From NCBI GenBank assembly GCA_963818965.1, contig CAWFUG010000011.1, positions 368,724 to 432,723 of the forward strand: DNA of 64,000 nt, written 5' to 3'. The notes beneath the pieces were generated by a model, which ran no database searches, was not told the origin of the DNA, and was given only the letters and a program-made list of their open reading frames with translations. The position numbers and the translations under genes were made by a program. Positions 38,169-48,600 of this stretch are shown one piece after another. The DNA is from an uncultured Verrucomicrobiae bacterium (GTDB taxonomy: Bacteria > Chlamydiota > Chlamydiia > Chlamydiales > Rhabdochlamydiaceae). Numbering within the stretch: position 1 is the stretch's first letter; every line of letters starts with the position of its first letter.

Positions 38169-39091
38169 CTATGTTTTCATGGCAAATCGCAACTTCGCGC
38201 TGCGTGCGCGTGGGTTCATTTTTATTTCCTTAAACGTCGGAACGATTGGCTTTTTCGTGAGCAGTTTCAAAAGAGGGATCATCCCCGCTTGGATCGCCTT
38301 TTTAGGAGCAAAAGAGGCTTCTTTGAAAATGTTCTTCACGATCCGATCTTCTAAACTATGAAAGCTAATCACGCCGAGTTTCCCCGAAGAAGAAAGGAAG
38401 CGGATCGCCTTCGAAATTCCCTCTGCGATCGCATCTAACTCTCGGTTCACACAAATCCGCAGCGCTTGAAAAACTAAAGTTGCAGGATGCCACTTTCCCT
38501 TAAGAGGGCTCTTTAAGCTCTCAGAGATGATCGCAGCGAGCTCTGTCGTCGTCTTAATGGGGTGTTTTTTGCGCGCTTCGACGATCGCTTTTGCCGCTCT
38601 TTTATATCTCGGCTCTTCCCCTAGATCTCGAAAAAGCGTCTCTAAATCTTTTTCCGTCCAACGATTCACAATCTCTTCCGCTGTGAGATCTGTTGTAGGG
38701 TCCATGCGCATATCGAGTGGGCCTTCTCTTAAAAAACTAAACCCTTTTTCGCCTTTATCTAGTTGCATAGATGACACTCCGAGGTCAAAAAAAAACCGTC
38801 TACTTGATCGAGATTTCTCTCTTTTAAAATGAGATCGAGTGAGGCAAAATCCCCATGCACGAACTCGACTTTATCTTTCCAAGGAGCTAGCGTCTCTTTC
38901 GCGATCGCCAACGCCTCGGGGTCTTTATCACATCCGATATAACGCTTAATCTCAGGATGTGCTTCTAAAATTGCCTTCGCGTGCCCGCCCGCACCCAGAG
39001 TCCCTTCGAAAAATGTGGTCAAGGTCGTCTCTTCAAAAAAAGCGATCACTTCATCGCGCAAAATCGGGATATGCGGCTCATTCTTCTTCAT
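38169..39091 (-). CDS. rsmH: 16S rRNA m4C1402 methyltransferase RsmH (MraW), split by one missing base in a T9 run at 38787-38795
   Basis: HIPIL..EV, TLGAGGHA, DLGVSSMQLD, GPLDMRMD and VISFHSLEDRIVK motifs. Adding one T restores DGFFFDLGVSS. Confidence 0.92.
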
Positions 39092-39581
39092 CACAACCTG
39101 CTGTTTCAGTCTCATCGAGAAGGGCAAACGCCTCTTCAGTTAATTTCGCCAAATTCATCTCAGGATCTTTGCCACTCAAAACGGCTTCTAGCTGTTTCTC
39201 ATAGTGCTCTTTTGGCCAGAGCTCGATCTTGTTAAGGACACCTGCGATGATGATTTCATTCTTAATTCCCACCGCTTTCTTCAAAATCGGCGGGATGATC
39301 ACTCGCCCTACTTTGTCGCAGCTCGTCTGGTGGAGTGTCGAAAAAAAGAGGGTAAAAAACTTTTGGTACTTGCCGAGGTGTTGCTTCGCTTGGAACTTCG
39401 CTACGATCTTCTGGATGTCACTCTGACGGTAGATCGTCAAACAGCCACCGAGACCTAAGCCTAAACTAAACTCTAAAACACCTTCTTCCACGAGGCCAAA
39501 GCGCATCCCTTGAGGGAGGACAAACCGTCCCTTCTCGTCGAGCCTCGCTGCAGTAGAGCCACTGAAGAAGAACTTTCCCAT
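39078..39581 (-). CDS. mraZ: Transcriptional regulator MraZ
   Basis: LDEKGRFVLP and DKVGRVIIP repeats, IAGVLNKIELW; upstream of rsmH; start set at MGKFFFSG. Confidence 0.9.
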   Translation of the reverse strand: MGKFFFSGSTAARLDEKGRFVLPQGMRFGLVEEGVLEFSLGLGLGGCLTIYRQSDIQKIVAKFQAKQHLGKYQKFFTLFFSTLHQTSCDKVGRVIIPPILKKAVGIKNEIIIAGVLNKIELWPKEHYEKQLEAVLSGKDPEMNLAKLTEEAFALLDETETAGCDEEE

Positions 39582-39610
39582 AATCTTAAATGTAAATCCC
39601 GGGGGTCTTT

Positions 39611-39762
39611 CCCACCTTTTCCCACAATTTAACACCAAAGCCTCAAATCGGCAATCTTTTTTCCACAACCCCCCACTTCACACCTCCAAAACGCCGTGTT
39701 CAACTCCTTTAAGACCAATCCTTTTAGAGGAAAAATAAAAAAGTGGGAATTGGTGGGAATTG
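39611..39762. promoter_or_regulatory. MraZ-box-like GTGG(G) repeats with 10-bp period, on both strands
   Basis: Minus strand: GTGGG at 39625/39615 and GTGG at 39676/39666, flanking TTGCCG. Plus strand: GTGGGAATTG x2 at 39743-39762. Confidence 0.6.
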
Positions 39763-39861
39763 ATAACACAAAACCATCTAGTGGAGAAATATTTGAATCC
39801 TCCTGTTGATTATTTTTTGAAACCCTGGCAAATGATCTTTTATTCTCTCTTTTAACAGGAG

Positions 39862-40377
39862 GTGGAGATGCCCCCGATCACGATCGATAATCTAGGACCT
39901 GGACCCTCGGAACGTTATGCTAAGGATCAAGAGACACTGCAAGAAGGCGCTGCCCTTATTAAAGGCTCGCAACGCATGCCTGCAACGGAAATTCTCGTTA
40001 CAAGTCCCGCTCCATCTGATGCGGAAAACCTCCTCGGCCTTAGCGGTAAGGCACTGGGGATTGCCATTTTCAGGGCTCCCGCCCTTTTCCTTACCCATAG
40101 TAAGGCGGGGACGCGTGTTTTTACTGAGGAGCTCATCCCCTCGCTGCGCATAGACGACAAAAAGGAAGAGCTCTCCCGAAAGCTCTCGGCACAAATCGAA
40201 CGTAGGCTTAGCTCTGCAGCGACTTTAGGCAAAAAAGAGCAGTATGAAAAAAGCCGCTCTCAAGAAAAAGATGAGAGGGAAAAGAAAATTTTAGACAAGT
40301 TGCTCGACCAACTTGACCATTGCAATAAAATGCTCCGGCAGGCGTACAATGGAAGAGTACAGTTCGTTAAGGAGTGA
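39862..40377 (+). CDS. Conserved chlamydial hypothetical protein (CT273-like)
   Basis: TIDN...SERYA.DQ, FT..LIPSL and GR..QF.K pattern; lies before the TPR gene and dnaA. Confidence 0.6.
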   Translation: MEMPPITIDNLGPGPSERYAKDQETLQEGAALIKGSQRMPATEILVTSPAPSDAENLLGLSGKALGIAIFRAPALFLTHSKAGTRVFTEELIPSLRIDDKKEELSRKLSAQIERRLSSAATLGKKEQYEKSRSQEKDEREKKILDKLLDQLDHCNKMLRQAYNGRVQFVKE

Positions 40378-40378
40378 G

Positions 40379-40774
40379 ATGGATCAGATCGATTGGATTT
40401 CAATTTTAGGGTGGGGGAAAGAGGAGCTCGAGGATTTGCGCTTCGTCGGTTACTCCTATATTAAGCAAGGCAAGTACGACATCGCGCTCACGTTTTTCGA
40501 AGCGCTCGTCGTCCTCGACCCTGAATCGCTCTACGACATCCAAACGCTCGGGGCCCTCTACCTGCAGAAGGGAAATAACCTGATGGCCCTCAATTATATC
40601 GAAAAGGCGCTAAAAATCGACCCGACCCATTTCCCCACTCTGCTCAATCGGGTCAAAGCCCTTTTCGCCCTCGGATATAAAAGACAAGCACTCGACCAAG
40701 CGCACCAACTACAGACCTGCGACCAAGAAACCATCGCCAATCAAGCCCAAGCTCTGATCCTGGCCTACACCTAG
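40379..40774 (+). CDS. TPR protein, SycD/LcrH-like chaperone (CT274-like)
   Basis: LEDLRFVGYSYIKQGKYDIALTFFEALV...YDIQTLGALYLQ TPRs; GGAG RBS before 40379. Confidence 0.75.
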   Translation: MDQIDWISILGWGKEELEDLRFVGYSYIKQGKYDIALTFFEALVVLDPESLYDIQTLGALYLQKGNNLMALNYIEKALKIDPTHFPTLLNRVKALFALGYKRQALDQAHQLQTCDQETIANQAQALILAYT

Positions 40775-40795
40775 TGTTATATATTAAGGGGACCC

Positions 40796-42145
40796 ATGCT
40801 CACGAAGACACCTGCAGAGACTTGGTCTCATTTTTTAGACCACATCGAAGAGCGCTGTTCGGCCGCAGAGTTTCAAAATTGGTTTGCGCCCATCCAGATT
40901 AAAGAGGGCTTAGAAGGCAAGATTTGCCTCGAGGTCCCCAATATCTTCGTCCAAGAATACCTCCTGGACAACTATAAAAAGGACCTCCTCCTCTTTTTCC
41001 CCCCCTCTTCTTCTGGGGAACCCACCTTCTCTTTCGCCATCGCAGAAACTAAAAAAATAGCCAAAACTCCGACACAACACGCGGCAGACCCCTCTCCAAG
41101 CGAGGCCCCGACCAAAGAAGCCTCCGATCTCAAACTCAACCCCTTTTACACCTTCGAGAATTTCATCGAAGGTCCAGCGAATCAATTTGTCAAATCAGCA
41201 GCGCTCGGTGTCGCAAACCGTCCCTCGAAATCCTATAATCCCCTCTTCATCCACGGAGGAGTCGGCCTCGGTAAAACACACCTGCTGCACGCTATCGGCC
41301 ACTACATCCGCGCGCACCACAAAAAGATGCGGATCCACTGCATCACGACAGAAGAATTCATCAATGATCTCGTCGATAACTTGCGCAACAAATCAACCGA
41401 GCGGATGAAGCGCTTTTACCGCTCTCTCGATGTCTTGCTCGTCGACGACATTCAGTTTTTGCAGAGCCGATTGAACTTCGAAGACGAATTCTGCAACACT
41501 TTTGAGAGTCTGATCAATCAGAATAAGCAGATCATCATCACAAGCGACAAACCGCCGAGCCAGTTAAAACTCTCCGAGCGGCTCGTCGCGCGTATGGAAT
41601 GGGGTCTCGTCGCTCATGTCGATGTCCCCGATCTCGAAACGCGCGTCGCCATTTTACAACACAAAGCGGAGCAAAATGGGTTTCGCCTCCCACAAAAGAT
41701 CGCTTTCTTCATCGCTGAGCACATCTTCCACAACGTGCGCCAACTCGAAGGGGCTGTCAATCGCCTGAGCGCCTACTGCCGTTTGATGGGACTCGACGTC
41801 ACAGAAGACGTCGTCGAAAAAACTTTAAGCGAACTGTTCCAATACACACCCCATCGCAAGATTTCCGTCGAAAACATCTTAAAGAGCGTAGCGATTATTT
41901 TCGGCGTCCGCGTCAGCGATTTAAAAGGGGGCGGACGGACGAAAGACGTCGCCTTTCCCCGTCAGGTCGCCATGTATTTAGCAAAAGAGATGATCAACGA
42001 TTCCCTCATGCGCCTCTCCTCTGCATTTGGTGGAAAAACACACTCGACACTGCTTCACGCTTGGAAAAAAATCTCTGGACAATTAGAAAAGGATGAAACG
42101 CTGCGTCGTCAGATCGACATGGCCAAACGAAACCTAGAAGCATAA
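40796..42145 (+). CDS. dnaA: Chromosomal replication initiator DnaA (probably the CT275-type paralog)
   Basis: [35 protein letters not shown] and [11 protein letters not shown] motifs. Confidence 0.95.
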   Translation: MLTKTPAETWSHFLDHIEERCSAAEFQNWFAPIQIKEGLEGKICLEVPNIFVQEYLLDNYKKDLLLFFPPSSSGEPTFSFAIAETKKIAKTPTQHAADPSPSEAPTKEASDLKLNPFYTFENFIEGPANQFVKSAALGVANRPSKSYNPLFIHGGVGLGKTHLLHAIGHYIRAHHKKMRIHCITTEEFINDLVDNLRNKSTERMKRFYRSLDVLLVDDIQFLQSRLNFEDEFCNTFESLINQNKQIIITSDKPPSQLKLSERLVARMEWGLVAHVDVPDLETRVAILQHKAEQNGFRLPQKIAFFIAEHIFHNVRQLEGAVNRLSAYCRLMGLDVTEDVVEKTLSELFQYTPHRKISVENILKSVAIIFGVRVSDLKGGGRTKDVAFPRQVAMYLAKEMINDSLMRLSSAFGGKTHSTLLHAWKKISGQLEKDETLRRQIDMAKRNLEA

Positions 42146-42153
42146 AAACAGGT

Positions 42154-42183
42154 TATACCGATTCTTGAGTCACGTTCGGTATA
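42154..42183. mobile_element. Minimal TA|TACC..GGTA|TA element (26 bp)
   Basis: TA-TACCGATTCTTGAGTCACGTTCGGTA-TA; the minus strand resembles TACCCAAGTGGACTCAAAAGTTGGT. Confidence 0.55.
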
Positions 42184-42199
42184 AAAAGGAGGTTTAAAA

Positions 42200-42385
42200 A
42201 TGACCCCGAAAGATCCCCCCTCCTTCGAAAATCAAGAGCGCACCCACTCCTCTCCCCTCTCTGAAGATCTGGCCGAGCGCCCACCCCACCCTTTCTCCAC
42301 AGACTACATGAACGCGCATCCCGCCTCAAAACCTCTCGATACAGAGATCTCAGGGGGCAAAGAGAGCGAGACACCACTGTCTTAA
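42200..42385 (+). CDS. Small acidic, Pro-rich hypothetical protein (61 aa)
   Basis: Strong AAGGAGG RBS 7 nt before the ATG; fills the intergenic space. Confidence 0.5.
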   Translation: MTPKDPPSFENQERTHSSPLSEDLAERPPHPFSTDYMNAHPASKPLDTEISGGKESETPLS

Positions 42386-42405
42386 AAAACTAGATCAAGA
42401 GAGCA

Positions 42406-43416
42406 CTAGTCTTTCTCAATAATTTCTACAGCTACCTGTTCGTGATAAATATTGTAGGCCAAATAGCGTGCTCCTAAACCCGCTCTGTCCAGGAATTCTT
42501 GGAACGCTTTAAATTCATGATTTTCACAGCCGGGATAATTGTATAATTCATCAAAAACCAGGATGGTTCCTGGGCCTATTTTAGACCCGAGGATTTGAAA
42601 AGCTGTTACTGCAGAGGAATAAATATCGCTATCGATATGCAGAAAAGCGATAGGATCTTCTGAGTCGCATCCTTTTATGAAATCCGTTAAGGTTTGATCG
42701 AACCAGCCTTTGATGAGCTCTACATTGTGTAGAACCGGAGGCAGGAGATCGGGATTTTTAAATCCAAACGTCCCCGCCGAAATGGTTTTGTCATTCCTCA
42801 CCCAATCTTCTGGCAAACCTTCAAAAGAATCAAATCCATAGATTTTTTGATGGGGATTCAAGGCGGCAATAAAGTTGATTGTTTTTCCCGTGCAGACGCC
42901 TAGCTCAATGAAAAGCCCTTTGAGCTTTACATGATCCGATCCGTATCGCAACACTTCCGCATCTGATGAAACAGGCTCCGCACAACCTAAGTATTTTTCT
43001 ACAAAAAGGTGCGCTTGCTCATTTTCCCAATAAGGCTTGTTCTGGGATTTATACCCCGAGCGCTTGAGGATGGTGCATTTGAGCCGCGTGAAAGCTCCCG
43101 CGATTCCACGATCGAAGAGGGGGCCTGTATTTCTTCAATACTGGCCCCCTCTTCGATCGTGGAATCCCGGGGCTTTGACGCGCTCAAATGCACCATCCTC
43201 AAGCGCTCGGGGTATAAAATGCAGAATTTGGTTGCCCGTTATTTGATGTGTTCCTGGAGGAATGGCAAGAACTGTGCTCCAATCAAATTTTTCAACTGCC
43301 CATCCAGGAACGTGACAAAGGACACCCACAAAAAGGGCAATAGACCAGCACCCAACCCAAAGAACCTTTAAGCGTTGGAATTTCAATAGAAATAAGGGCA
43401 TTTCAATGGATTTCAT
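42406..43416 (-). pseudogene. TylF/NovP-like class I SAM-dependent methyltransferase interrupted by a hairpin element
   Basis: IELGVCTG, YGFDSFEGLPEDW, KGWF, FLHIDSDIYSS and VFDE motifs. Removing 43052-43214 plus one TA gives a continuous 281-aa ORF (..ILHF-KSQNKPYW..). Confidence 0.85.
43050..43216. mobile_element. Full-length TA|TACCCC..GGGGTA|TA hairpin element (163 bp)
   Basis: Perfect 33-bp outer and 24-bp inner stems, mismatched GAAAGCTCCCG/CCGGGGCTTTG block, apex TGTATTTCTTCAATACT. The TA duplication is supported by restoration of the host reading frame. Confidence 0.92.
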
Positions 43417-43420
43417 TTTC

Positions 43421-44869
43421 TTAACCCACCCAGTCGTCAGGGTCTTGTTCTCTATACACCATGCAGCCTGGAGAAATCTCTAACAGCTCTTGTGTTTCAT
43501 CGAGGCAAAGCTTTCGTAGAGCAGGTAATTTTCCAAGCACACCAGGAAGTGGGTTCGGTAGCTGATTGTGCCAAATATAGAGACTTGTCAGGGCAGAGAG
43601 TTGGCTTAGCGTCGTTGGAAGAGACTTCAGATCGTTATAGCCAATATTCAACACTTTTAAATGGGATAAATTTCCAATGGCATCGGGTAGAGAAGAAAGA
43701 GCGCACTCAGCAAGGTAGAGGTTAGACAAATTTGAGAGTTTACCGATGTCTGGTGGGAGCTCTTTTACCCTGTTGCCTGAAAAATTAAGCTGTCGCAAAG
43801 AGGTTACAGTGCAGAGGGGCTTTGGGAAAGCGGTAAAAGCATTCTCATTTAGGCTAAGTTCCCTTAAGGTTAATTCACTAATGTCTTCAGGAAGGGAGGA
43901 GAGCTGGTTCTTCCAAAGGCATAGGTCTGTCAGGGATGTTATTTTTTGCAGATTACAGGGAAACTGAGAAAATCGGTCCTGGCCTAGGTTGAGAATTTTC
44001 AATTTTGTTAGATTCTCAATAGATCTTGAAAGAAAACAGACATGATTCGCAGTCAGATAGAGAACTTCAAGTTGAGAAAGAGAGCAAATTTCTTCAGGAA
44101 ATCTCGTGAAAGATTTGCCGAATAGGCTGAGGTTATCATCTTCTCGATACACCGATATACATCCTTCCGAGCGGAGGAAATCAGCTACTAATGAAATCCT
44201 CGTGACAATGTCGGGCCCAGCGTCCCAGACAACGTCTAGCGCACTGTCTACGACAGCATTTAGCTTCTTATCCCTTTCCGTTTCTGGCTCCTTTTCCCTA
44301 TCTGTCTTTGGCGTATCCTCTGTGTAAGTGCCTGGCAGCCCAGCTTCGGCAATGATCAGCGGATCGTATTCAGGCATACAGAGAATACATAAGTGAATAT
44401 CCTCAATTAGCTGATCCATTTTGCGATAAGTAGAAAGATCGTGTACATCAAGCGTAAAAGAGGCAGAAGCATACTCGGGGCTTTCCCCGTTCTGTACACC
44501 CACGGGATTTATAATAAACGACTGGAGTTCCTTGCGAAGTTTTGTAGATGCTGCGTGGAATATTTGCGAGATGGAGGGATGGGGATTGAGACAGCCGCGC
44601 AGGTAAGCTTGAAGGCTTTCAGAAAACAGCTGTAAAAGGGGTTCTCTAGATTCAAGAGGTGTGTGGGCTATTTTGTAAAATGAGGAAGATACAGAAGCTA
44701 GCCTCAGAGGGTTGCAGCATTTTACAAATAGACCATACAGAATAATCTCCTTGGGTACGCCGTAAAATTCACTTTTTAAAAGATCATCCTTACCCTCTCT
44801 TGCCAAAACCGATTCTACAGGAATAATAGGAATAAATGAGCCTTGTGAAGCTACAGGAGCAAGCGCCAT
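43421..44869 (-). CDS. Leucine-rich-repeat effector-like protein with degenerate N-terminal F-box
   Basis: About nine 23-aa LRRs (LxxLxLxxNxLxxLPxxIxxL); FYGVPKEII...LRLASVSSSFYKIA; GGAGG RBS before ATG 44869. Confidence 0.8.
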   Translation of the reverse strand: MALAPVASQGSFIPIIPVESVLAREGKDDLLKSEFYGVPKEIILYGLFVKCCNPLRLASVSSSFYKIAHTPLESREPLLQLFSESLQAYLRGCLNPHPSISQIFHAASTKLRKELQSFIINPVGVQNGESPEYASASFTLDVHDLSTYRKMDQLIEDIHLCILCMPEYDPLIIAEAGLPGTYTEDTPKTDREKEPETERDKKLNAVVDSALDVVWDAGPDIVTRISLVADFLRSEGCISVYREDDNLSLFGKSFTRFPEEICSLSQLEVLYLTANHVCFLSRSIENLTKLKILNLGQDRFSQFPCNLQKITSLTDLCLWKNQLSSLPEDISELTLRELSLNENAFTAFPKPLCTVTSLRQLNFSGNRVKELPPDIGKLSNLSNLYLAECALSSLPDAIGNLSHLKVLNIGYNDLKSLPTTLSQLSALTSLYIWHNQLPNPLPGVLGKLPALRKLCLDETQELLEISPGCMVYREQDPDDWVG

Positions 44870-44990
44870 AAGATACCTCCTTTTTTCTAGGATTGGTCGC
44901 GATCGAGGGGGAGATTCTATTTCAGCCGGCGGATTGGTTTCTACCGAAAAAGAAATTATACCACTTGAGTATGAGTGTTTGGCAATAACC

Positions 44991-45689
44991 TCAGAGATCT
45001 TCCACACAGAGAGCAAGCGCGTCGATACTAGCGGGTCCTCCGACTAAGAGCGCGATTCCCGCCTCTCTGAGCAACTGATCCTCGAGTGTCGGCGCTACCA
45101 ACAACAACCTTTGGTCGGCAAATCCTTTTGCCAAACGAGAGCGCAGGGTAAAGGTGTAGTGCATGGGCTCTCCTCGGATGAACTGCGCGTGGGCATAAGA
45201 CGCTTTTAATGGCACAAACAAAGGCACATCGAGTAATTTTGCTACAGCTGCTGCAAGGGAGCGATGGGGATCACCCTCGGCGCCTAATCTCTTTATCCAG
45301 GGTAAAGGAAGAGGGACCACGCCATCGGGCAAAGGTCGTTCTCGTTTTAACCACTGATAGACCATGAGAGACGCCGCTGCTGCAACTGCTTTTCTCTCCC
45401 CTTTTTGTACCTCCCTCAGCAAACTCCGCGCGGGGCCTACGGCCTCGAGCGCTGCCATCTGCTCGCCGATGACCCGTCTACGGGAGCGGCACCGCTGACA
45501 ACCCCCTTTTCCCAGCTCAAAAAAGCAGCGCGCACACCGCTTTCGCTCCTCGCTCAACGGCAAATTCTCTAAACAAACAGAACAGAAAAGCGGGCCTAGG
45601 ACGAAAAGGCTACGGCCACAACAAAGACAGAGCGAAGGATAGATCCACTGAACGCATTCGGAAAGGATCTTTTTAAAACTGAATGCCAT
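44991..45689 (-). CDS. ComF-family protein (double zinc ribbon plus degenerate PRTase fold)
   Basis: YP..CLCC..FCSVC..CARC..CQRC and VVPLPL motifs; the PRPP motif is degenerate. Confidence 0.7.
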   Translation of the reverse strand: MAFSFKKILSECVQWIYPSLCLCCGRSLFVLGPLFCSVCLENLPLSEERKRCARCFFELGKGGCQRCRSRRRVIGEQMAALEAVGPARSLLREVQKGERKAVAAAASLMVYQWLKRERPLPDGVVPLPLPWIKRLGAEGDPHRSLAAAVAKLLDVPLFVPLKASYAHAQFIRGEPMHYTFTLRSRLAKGFADQRLLLVAPTLEDQLLREAGIALLVGGPASIDALALCVEDL

Positions 45690-48600
45690 AGCGCAGCTTG
45701 TCGAGCGTGCCACGGACTGTCAGCGTGAAAGGCTCTGCCAATTTCAGCAGTGCCTCTTGCTCTACTTTGAGGTTGATGTGGACATTGCCTGAGAGATCGA
45801 TGTAGGAGAGTTCTGAAGTGGGAGCGAGGTAGAACTCTGAGCGGTTCCCTTCACTGAAGGCGTTTTTTAAGGAGAGAAGGTAGCACTTATCTCCGCGTAG
45901 CTCGAGATCGACTTCCCCTTCTGCTGGGGTGAAGATGCTCGGATCGAGTCCGATGTCTTTAAAAAGCCCAATCGGTAAATCGAAAATCGAGGATTCTTTC
46001 TTCCACTGGTTGGTGAAGGTCAAGTGTCCCGACGCCTCGAAACTCGAGAAATCGTCCAACTTGCCGTGCATGTCTTTAAGGAGGAGATTTCTAATCGAGA
46101 AAGGACGCATGGATGGAGTCGAGCCGTCGATTTTACGAAAGAGGCTCGGTCGCATCTCGCGCACCAAGATCTGCGGGATGAACACATCCCAATCTACCTC
46201 TTTTTTGAGGGCGATTCTTTTGACGCCGACGACACCGGAAGGATCTTCGATTCTCAAATTGGAAAGATAGAGACGATCGGTTGCTGCTTCGAGATGGGAT
46301 TCGAAGTGCTCGAGACGGAGGCCCAACAGCTCAAAATCATCGCCAGAGAGCTGGCCGCTGACTTGAAATTGGCGGGGGTCGGCTTTCCACAGGGTCAGAT
46401 CCCCTTGCCATTTGTATCCCGAGCCGACTTGGAAGCGCTCAAAAGCGTTGCGTACGGTGGAGGGAAGAAGAGGTGCGAGCGTAGTTGCATCGCATGTGAT
46501 CTTTCCTGTTAGGATACTAGATCCTAAGAGAGTGCGTTTAGGGTGTTTTTCCAGCTGACAAGAGACTCCGTAGCAACTGCCGCGCATGCTGTCCCAACAA
46601 AATCCTTCCTCTGTCGTCGAAAAGAAGAGCATGAGTCCTTCCTTGCTTGGATCATCGAATAGGCGAATGACGCCCAAAGGCGTTTTAGAAAGATTCATCT
46701 GGACACTGAAATAGAGCGGAGATTCTTGTACTGTAGTTTTCGCTTTGAGCAGCATTTGCTGCTTTTCATAACGCAATTGGAGCGTCTCGCAAGCGAGGGT
46801 GTGGGTATCGATGCCGTAATCGCCCGAGGGAAGATGTCCCAAAAATCTAGGACCTTCTGTCGTGAAGGTCACGTCGCCTTGTAATTGGAGAGTATCTGCA
46901 AAGCTCATACGGGAAGCGAAAGTGGGAAGGATCTTCTGTTTAGTGAGATGGTATAAAAAGTCAGGGGTAAGGGAGAGCTGGAAATCCTTTAAGCAAAATT
47001 CTCCTGTCTCTTCTTTTTCCAATTTTTCTGCGGTTAAGCGGAGCATCGGTGCAGTATGATCGGGTTGTTGACAGACAAAATCGATTCCCTGATATTTCCA
47101 TCCGTCTTCCATCGAAAAAGCGAGTTTGAGAGGTTTTTGGGAATGCAGCGTCAGATGTAACGACTCTTCCGCATCGAGGATTAAGGACACTTCAGCTTGT
47201 AGTTGTAGAGCTCGGGAATAATCGGCGTGGAGCAACCCACTTGCGAGTGCTTTGCCCTGAGGTAACGAGAGGTTTTTAAAAACCGGAATCTCCTTTAAGC
47301 TCGCAAAATCTGACTGCAGGGAGTCTATCTGGAACGTACAATTCTTCTGAAGGCTCGCCACCTCGGCACTTCCCCTGAGTTGAAAGTCCTTATAGTACCC
47401 TTTGAAGTAAGGAATCGCCCAATCTTCTCCCTGACGGGTCAGGGCGGCATTTAAAAACCACTCCCCTCCCTGGATCTTCTCGATAAACCATGTGTCTTGC
47501 GCTCTGCGCCCCATAAAGACAACCGCTCCCCAGGGATGTCCTTGCACTTTCAAGTCGGAACTCTCTAGTTGAAAGGTAAACCCGGGCTGCTTGTCCTGCG
47601 AAGCGAACTGAGCGAGCACTCTACCTTCTAAAGAGAGATCAGGTAAAACCCCTTGTCCACCATAGATGTCTTGCACAAAGCGCGCATAGAGAGGCCAACG
47701 ACTCGCCTCAAAAACGGGACGTATGGAAAAAGAAAGGGGCTGCAAGCGATCATCTAAACTCAAACTGGAGATGTTCAGCGGAGCGCCTAAAAAATGGGTC
47801 GCCTCTTCATCAAACGTGACTTTCCACTCCTTTCCTTGGGAAGCCACTCCCTTCAAGCGCGCGACTTCCTCGTTTTTCTCATCGGTCACGACAGCTGTAA
47901 ATGTGCACTGAGGTTCCCCTGGCTCTTGGGGCCAGGAAAGGGCTACGTCCTCTAAACCGATCGTGAGAAGAGAGCCGCTAGCAAGGCGCCACTCCCCGCC
48001 GGCATTTTCTACTTTTAAGCACTTCGATTCAGAATCAAACTCGAGCTCTGCATGAGCGTGCGTGATCTCAGTCGATTCATTGATCCCAAAAGAGACCTCT
48101 TGGAATCCTCCCTTAAAGTACCAGCGAGACTCTTTGATCCCCTGATCGAAGGAGGCAGTGAATACCAACCCCTCTTCTCCACTCAAAAAACTCCCTTCGA
48201 CGGGAAAGTCCCATTGGGAAAACTCAGGCAAATTGCGCGCAGCAGAGAGAAGATCTTGGATACTCCCTCCGATATGTGCCGTCGAAAACTGCAAAGCGAT
48301 CGGCTGATCTTTTGGGAATGTCGCCTCTAGATTCCCTCTCAATTTCAATCCTGCGCAGTCGGCGTAGAGAGAAGGGATTTGCAGAGAGCTGCCGTCGATG
48401 ATGAGATCTGCTTCTACCCCAACAAAAGGGAGATGCAGATCGTGAGAATACACTTTCGCATCGAAAAGAGGAATCGTCCCTCGCCACTCTTGCGATTGGA
48501 GATCGTAGGTGAAATGAGCGGTATTCCCTTTGAGTTGCGGCAGCTGTATTTCGAGACTTTGCGATTGTAAAAGGAGATCTTCCCCACCGATAGAGAGCTG

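Noticed and set aside
39582..39861. oriC near dnaA
   Set aside because: I saw no cluster of TTATCCACA-like boxes; the repeats fit MraZ boxes better.
43135..43137. Selenocysteine or programmed readthrough at the in-frame TGA
   Set aside because: The TGA belongs to the mobile element's apex, which is identical in a non-coding copy; no evidence of recoding.
42999..43371. ORFs of 67-120 aa across the 43052 element, and similar ORFs at 37501 and 20968
   Set aside because: By-products of palindromic repeats, not independent genes.
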